The position numbers were made by a program, and so were the translations under genes. A DNA stretch of 64,000 nt from Octopus bimaculoides (Eukaryota), in assembly GCF_001194135.2 (NCBI RefSeq), contig NC_068999.1, positions 13,524,505 to 13,588,504 on the forward strand, in the 5' to 3' direction. The notes beneath the pieces were generated by a model. That model was not told the origin of the DNA. It made no database searches and was given only the letters and a program-made list of their open reading frames with translations. Below are positions 53,228-64,000 of the stretch, piece after piece; within the stretch, counting starts at the first letter, position 1; each line of letters opens with the position of its first letter.

Positions 53228-54360
53228 AGGTTATGAAAGGTAATGGTGTCAATAAGACACAAAGGTGTCAGATAATGTTGAGTAAGTGCTACAGACAGAC
53301 AATAGTTAATATCCAGGATCGGTGATTATACGAATAAGGAGTCGAAGGTAGGTCATATATCAGCATGTATATATATAGAACTATATATAGTTTTGGAGCT
53401 AATGAACTCTTTGAACGCACTCTTGGCATCGGTTTTATTGTTGAACTCTTCCTTCAACAAAATATGACGGTGCTTGAAAATGTGGTAGTCTGTAGAAGTG
53501 TATGAAGAATAAGATTGGTGGGGAAGGATTTCTTAGATAACTTAACTGAAATTCTCTAGCATTATTAGTAAAACGTGTGGTCGAGCATTGTCATGAAGAA
53601 TTTTACCCCCTGCTGTTGAACAGTCTGACACGGAGGAGTAGCATTTTTGTTTTTGTTCATTTTGGTAATTTCATGACCTTAGGTTGTATGGGCATATGTT
53701 TCTCTCTGTTTTAAGAAGTTAAAGTGGATGAGTTCAGCAGTACATTACCAAATAGTCAACAAAACCTTTTTGAAGAGCTCGGGTTTAGGGAAGGTTTTCG
53801 CTGCTTTATTTCAGTCCAACCACTACGACGAATATTTTACTTATTGTATGGAACCCTCTTTCCATCACAAGTTAAAATGCAGTCTAGAAATGGGTCACTC
53901 TGTTTACCTCAAAGAAGCGGCGACCAAATTTCATATCTGCGCATTTTCTGATTTTCATTCATATCATGTGGTACCAATTAGTCAACCTTTTTTGATTTTC
54001 TGATCGCATGCAATATGTTGCACACAGTTTTCTGGCTGATTTGAAGTTTGTTTGTCAGTTCTCGAGTGGTTTTATGGGGATCTTTCTCAATGACGGACTT
54101 TAATTGACCGTCATCGATGACAGATGGGCGTCCACGACGTTCGCTATGTTCAAGGCTCAGCTCTCCACGGTGAAATTGTCTAAACCATTTTCGAACTCAC
54201 CACTCACTGGTTATTTCCTCGCCAAACGTTTCTCTGATAACGCGAGCAGTTTCAGCTGTTTTATTTCGTGTTTTGAATTTGAATAGCAAATTTCCTCGAA
54301 TATCGCCCTTTGACAGTTCCGCTACCATGATTGTGAGAACGGTGAAAAATATACCATATG
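53228..54360 (-). mobile_element. Near full-length mariner (DD34D) transposon, pseudogenised
   Basis: ATG at 54328: ...KTAETARVIRETFGEE...RKWFRQFHRGELSLEHSERRGRPS...LVPHDMNENQK...FLDCILTCDGK...LLHDNARPHV. Multiple stops. Confidence 0.92.
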
Positions 54361-55464
54361 GGCAAGTCTATGTCTGTACTATCAGCTAATTAAAAAAAAA
54401 ATGCTTCAACATAATTCAATGATCTGCAATAATCCGGTTCAAGTTTTTCATGGTTCAAAACAGCTTACCCAACATACATACACATATACATGCATACATA
54501 CATACAGACAGACATGTGCACTCGTAACTTCCATCCTGACAGCAGATTCATTGATGTTTCAGCCGGCTTTCTCCATTTCTTCCTATATGAAATAAGATTT
54601 TGTCATAAATAAGATATCTGTTATCGCTTTTCTGTCTTCCCTTTCCTTTATTTTTCTTGTCACCTGTCATTTAACAACGGCTCTTTCCTCTAATCATTTC
54701 TTACTGACACTTGGATTTTTATTCTAAAACGCCGCAAAAATACTCGGCAAATACACGAGGTAATTACGTCATAATTTATTAAATATCAGATTCCTTCATA
54801 ATTTATGGTAAACCAAGTTATGTCGTTAATATCTGTAGCAGAACGTGATATAAATGTTGATGAACATTAAAATATTTTCGTATTAACATAAAAAAAAGTT
54901 ATGTTCTTTTGCCGTTTGCTTTGAATCCTGTCAGACTTGCTTCAAAAGACGGAATTATTTCAACAGAATAAGGGTAATTTATGGTCTCAATAAATTAAAA
55001 TAAATAGTAAAGCCATATCTTTCTAGTTCCTTTTCATGTGCTCATTGATGGTGCTGTGTCCTATATATTAGCATACGACTTTCCTTTGCTATCTCTGATA
55101 CCACATCCTACCCGTCTTAACTTGACTGGTTCGGAAAATCATATCAAAAAATATATCAAAGGCTTATAAATCCTTTTCATACGGATGGGAATTTTTTTTT
55201 AATTATCAGCATTCCTAAGAATGTCATAATTTCTGATAAGATAATATAGAGGAACATTTCTCAATTAAGTTAAATTAAACTAGCTCCAGTAGGGCACATA
55301 CATATGTATAAGGAATTATATACGTACGTTTAAGAATATATGAATTCATACATACGTTTATACATACATAGAAACATACATACATACAGACAATCAGACA
55401 GACGTACGGACAGACAGACAGATGGACAGACAAACAAACAGATAGATATACAGAGAGATGGATA

Positions 55465-55980
55465 TATGAAGTGGTGCTGAAAAGTTCTTTGCTTTGCGGA
55501 AAGGAAAATACTGAAACACCTGATAATTATGGTTTTGTTCAGTTCTCAGTTTCACAAGCGCATCGCAGTGCTCCTTCGGTTATTCTAAGGTCTGTAAAAT
55601 AACTCGGAGGGCTAGGCCTCCAATCAGGCTATAGTTAACGCTACTCAATAACGCATGCAATCCAAAGACAGTATATGCGTATATTTACTACGTATCTTCA
55701 CCTACAAACGACAGGAGCCTCTGATCACCATATTAGTTTGCTCTTAAATTTCCTAAATCAAAGACAGAATATGGAGTCTACAAAATACTATGAAATATAT
55801 CCTTGGCCAACCATATTAGGCCACCCTAATGTTTTGGGGTTCTGCTATTTGAATGCGAATGCAGCTCGTGTTGAATAATGTACTGATTATCCCAGTAAAC
55901 GAGTTTCTGGAATGCTTCAGTCGATGGCAACAGCATTGAATTATATGTGTGGCTTCCGAAGGGGATAATTTGAAAGAGAG
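55465..55980 (+). mobile_element. Mariner-like remnant (end-like sequence and C-terminal scrap)
   Basis: Starts TATGAAGTGGTGCTGAAAAGTTC. Near the end it reads IPVNEFLECFSRWQQH*IICVASEGD. Confidence 0.45.
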
Positions 55981-56267
55981 TCAATGCCAAATTAGTACGT
56001 ATTGTAGTTTTGCTTTTATAGCACTAGTCCGGATACTTATTGTTCAGACACTCATATGCATGTGTGAGAGTGCTCAGTAGCGAATGTCGCTTTGTCTATG
56101 TGAGCGTGCGATATTCGCCCATGTATATAAACATGCCAGTGATATTTATTGACAGAAGAGGTCTTCAAAATGATAATTTCCGTAAGTATTTGCTGTGAGA
56201 AAGATGTGATAGTAATCGGTGTAATGTAATGTTCTGCACTGATCCTCCCAGCATATTGTCAACAACC

Positions 56268-56325
<58 letters not shown>

Positions 56326-56370
56326 CAGCAGCAGCAGTAGCAGTGGCAGTGGCAGCGGCAGCAGCAGTAG
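56268..56370. repeat. (GTA)n/(GCA)n microsatellite
   Basis: Direct inspection. Confidence 0.9.
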
Positions 56371-57470
56371 CATTCAGTATTTGTGCATTAACCAAATCAT
56401 AAATTCCGGTTTTTTGCTACAGGCATAATTAGATGTGGATGACTGCTATACTGTCATTGACGTGTTAGCTATGTGAATTCATTAATTATATTGTGATCAC
56501 CGAAGCTTGCTATAGCCTTTTTTTCTACATAATGAACGTATATTTGTATATTAATATCTTATTCCACAATATACAACATATATTTGTATATTAATGTATT
56601 ATTGCATAATATATAAATATAATCTTTTAAGGAGTCGTCTTGTGTATAGGCTTATGAATAATGCACGATTTCATATTCGTTACACTTGACTGTAGATTTG
56701 AAATTTTATTGCCGTATGCTTTATCTTCTAATGTAGATAACAAAATATGTTTGCGCTGCTCTGTAATTATCAAATATATTGCATTGCCTTATCGCTTTCT
56801 TTAGTTGTTAATTCCTTATATATCTTAAATATTATATTACGGTTATCCTAGTCTGTAATATTAGTTTGAATTATGGTTCGGCTCTTTTGTTTGTATTAAT
56901 ATAAATTTGCATGATATAAATTCTACTCAAAGGAATATTGAAAGGTTTCGTTTCACCTAATTATGCTTCATACAAAAATATAGTTGTAATTTTTATAGCA
57001 CTGCTCTTGTGAATAACTATTTTCTATTGAAGTAAGTCATAAATTTTTAGTAGTCAGTTTTCCATTGTATAAGTCGTTGTGTGTTTATGATTTTTCTTTG
57101 GTAGATTTTAATTTGCATTACATTTTATCAATTTTTATTTTCTACCACTTGTATAGAATTTTTCGGAGACACGGTCTCAAGTAAAGATCATTATAAATAT
57201 TAGTTTGAGTCCTTCTATTGTCTCATACTGTCAGTTTCTACTTCAAGATTCCATTTTGTTTTTGGTATTTTGTTTGGAATAAATTTGTAAAATAATCGTA
57301 AAGTAATTTTTACTTTCAGTTAATTTCTTCTTTGAGACACAAACGAGTTACTGATTTGATGATTTGTCATATGCATTTTAGGATTTGTTTTGATATTTTC
57401 CGACATAATTTCAATTATTGTTTAATCTTTATTAGTTACAATGCATCGTGTGTATTTCATTTTTACTTAC

Positions 57471-57559
57471 TTTTTCTTCGGTGGAAATGTTGTTGGAAAC
57501 GTGACCCATTGCAGGTTCTCTTTCTTGCTTCGCAAAATACTCAGTAGTTTTTCTCAACT
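57471..57559 (-). CDS. Candidate 89-nt exon ((E)LRKTTEYFAKQEREPAMGHVSNNISTEEK)
   Basis: Minus strand shows tatctctccag| and AAA|gtaagt, with only one frame open. It lies in an A-rich tract that could be a decayed element. Confidence 0.25.
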
Positions 57560-58284
57560 CTGGAGAGATATCAGTTCAACAGTTTCTCATTTTTTTTTTT
57601 CACCACAGTATTGCACACTGTTTGACGTTTATGAATTCATTTTATTTTTATTTTATAATTTGGTTTCTCACACAGTTTGGCTACTAAGGTGTTTTTAACA
57701 CGTTCTTGTGACAACTACTTGCTGCCATGTTAATCTAAAGATGTCATGGCAGGCCATTTACGTTCTGTTTAATAATAACTTACGATACATAAGTTAATAA
57801 ATGTATTAACATAAATCAAATTAACTTTCTGCGTTAAATGGGTTGAATGTTTATATGATATTTATGTTAAATTTTCCTAGCAGCTGCTGTACACGAGCTC
57901 CTTACATGTTACTATTTGAAGCATTTAAATATACCTAAATTTGTTCAATACATTAATTTCTTTATCTAATAAGCATTTCACGTAACGAAATACTTGCATT
58001 AGTTACACTTTTGCTGTTCAATTTTGTGAAGAGATTCGTTGCTACGTCTCCATATATAGACCGGTTAAAAAATGTGCCTTTTTATTTCCATAGAAAAAAC
58101 AAATTGTATATTTTTTGTAAAATTTGTCTCTATTTTCACCTATCCTTCTCGGTACTGAGATTTGTTCTATGTAAGTTGATAATCATTGCGTCGAGATATG
58201 AGGCGATTTCGTTATATCCTTCAAAGTTTCATCTATTTAAAATGGCAGTCTCTAATTTTATGTTTGGCACACATACCTTTATCT

Positions 58285-60144
<1,860 letters not shown>

Positions 60145-60944
60145 GCCCTCCTACTAAAAATGAGGAAGGTGAAGTGTGTGCCAAATTTTGTTGATTCCTG
60201 GGGAACAGTAACAGAAGACATCAATGGGAATATGAAGGGAATTTGAATAGAGTGCGCAGTAAAATTGTTATAAAACATTTGCCTCCTCGACACGGTCAGA
60301 GTAATCAGGGAATTATTAGGTAGCTGAAAACATTGGATAACCTCGTACCGTTAGCTGCAGGTAACGAGTCCGCTTTGCATGTAAGACTCCAGAAGTTCCA
60401 GCGAAACATGTGATAAACACGAGTAATATCTATATATTTATATTCCACATATGTGTGTATGCACATGTATATTGATGATGCTGAAGATGACGATAACTAC
60501 ATATGTACATCTCCATTTGTGTATGTATGTATCGTTATAAGAGTCTCCATGGTGATGTATTTCACAGTTTACTCATATATACATATAAGTTCTCTGTTTC
60601 GAAACAAGCATCGATGCGGTAATAATTCATATTTGAATTATGTTAGTGTTTAGGTACTCCGACAAATAAGCATTCAACGTAAACGGATTTCATAATATTG
60701 AGACGCACTAATTTCCTAGTAGAAATGATCTTGTCAAAAAACTTCATGCAAGATCCATTTATTAAGAGACTGTCTGACTTATTTAATATCCTATCCATCA
60801 CTGTCATAGATATAACAGACCAAATAATTGATAACAGCAAAATAATCAATAACAATGAATTACATAGATTCTTCTTCTTCGTTTTCTTCTTCTTCTTATT
60901 GTTGTTATTGCTTTTGTTGATGTTTTTTGTTGTTTTANNNNNNN

Positions 60945-61000
60945 NNNCTTTTATTATTAGTATTACTATTTTTATTATTGTTAGTAATATTATTGTTGTC

Positions 61001-61069
<69 letters not shown>

Positions 61070-61085
61070 GTTATTGCTGTTATCA
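60945..61085. repeat. (TTA)n microsatellite
   Basis: Direct inspection. Confidence 0.9.
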
Positions 61086-61529
61086 TTCGTATTTGATGCA
61101 CGCTTATTTACTCTCTCATAAGTCTTATATCTCAATTTTTCTGTACAAAGTTGTTTAATGTTTATTTCGTTCGAAAACGTTTGTGAAAAACAAAAGTTTG
61201 CATAAATTCGGACGGTCCTGTTCTCTGCCCTTCCGTCCGAAATATGCGCCATGCGACGAAAAGGTTTCACATGCACTCGTCGACCGTCAGGCAATTGCTG
61301 ATATGTGGAACTTTGTTTAACAGCTGTTAACGCATGTTGGAAAGATCCTATTATCAGCCGAATCCATCTTCAGGATCAGCCTGCCTCACTGCTTTGGTCA
61401 GGAAGGGAGGCAGTTTTGTTCTATCAGGCGATGATTCGTAGTTTTACTAACGAAATTGAAAGGTACGAAGACAGATTATTTCTTTGGCGGTTGAGCCTAC
61501 TTTGACTTTTCAAGTTCCATTTGCAAAGC

Positions 61530-64000
<2,471 letters not shown>

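Noticed and set aside
60350-60415. GAGTC/GACTC hairpin followed by GAAACATGT
   Set aside because: There is no CUGANGA-type core in the correct position, and the base at 17 is G.

Overview
AT-rich, microsatellite-dense eukaryotic scaffold with many N gaps. The SINE families and repeat style resemble an Octopus (coleoid cephalopod) genome; this is an inference from recognised repeats, not a search result. No intact host protein-coding gene can be supported. Most ORFs in the track are microsatellite or N-gap artefacts. The window holds decayed mobile elements: four R4/Dong-type (RLE) LINE fragments, several Tc1/mariner remnants, a Helitron helicase fragment, Penelope-like (PLE) remnants and tRNA-derived SINEs. 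It also has one probable WSC-like domain pseudogene and a few weak candidate exons. The most striking signal, not explained by the ORF track, is six minimal type I hammerhead-ribozyme (HHR) motifs, each in a different repeat with unrelated stems. One has an intact core (2011-2053). One has a compensatory G3-C8 core (10203-10253). One lies 3' of a tRNA-headed SINE (1238-1281). One is linked to a decayed GIY-YIG ORF (21730-21780). One has a CUGUUGA core (50724-50760). One weak, degenerate candidate lies at 20301-20350.
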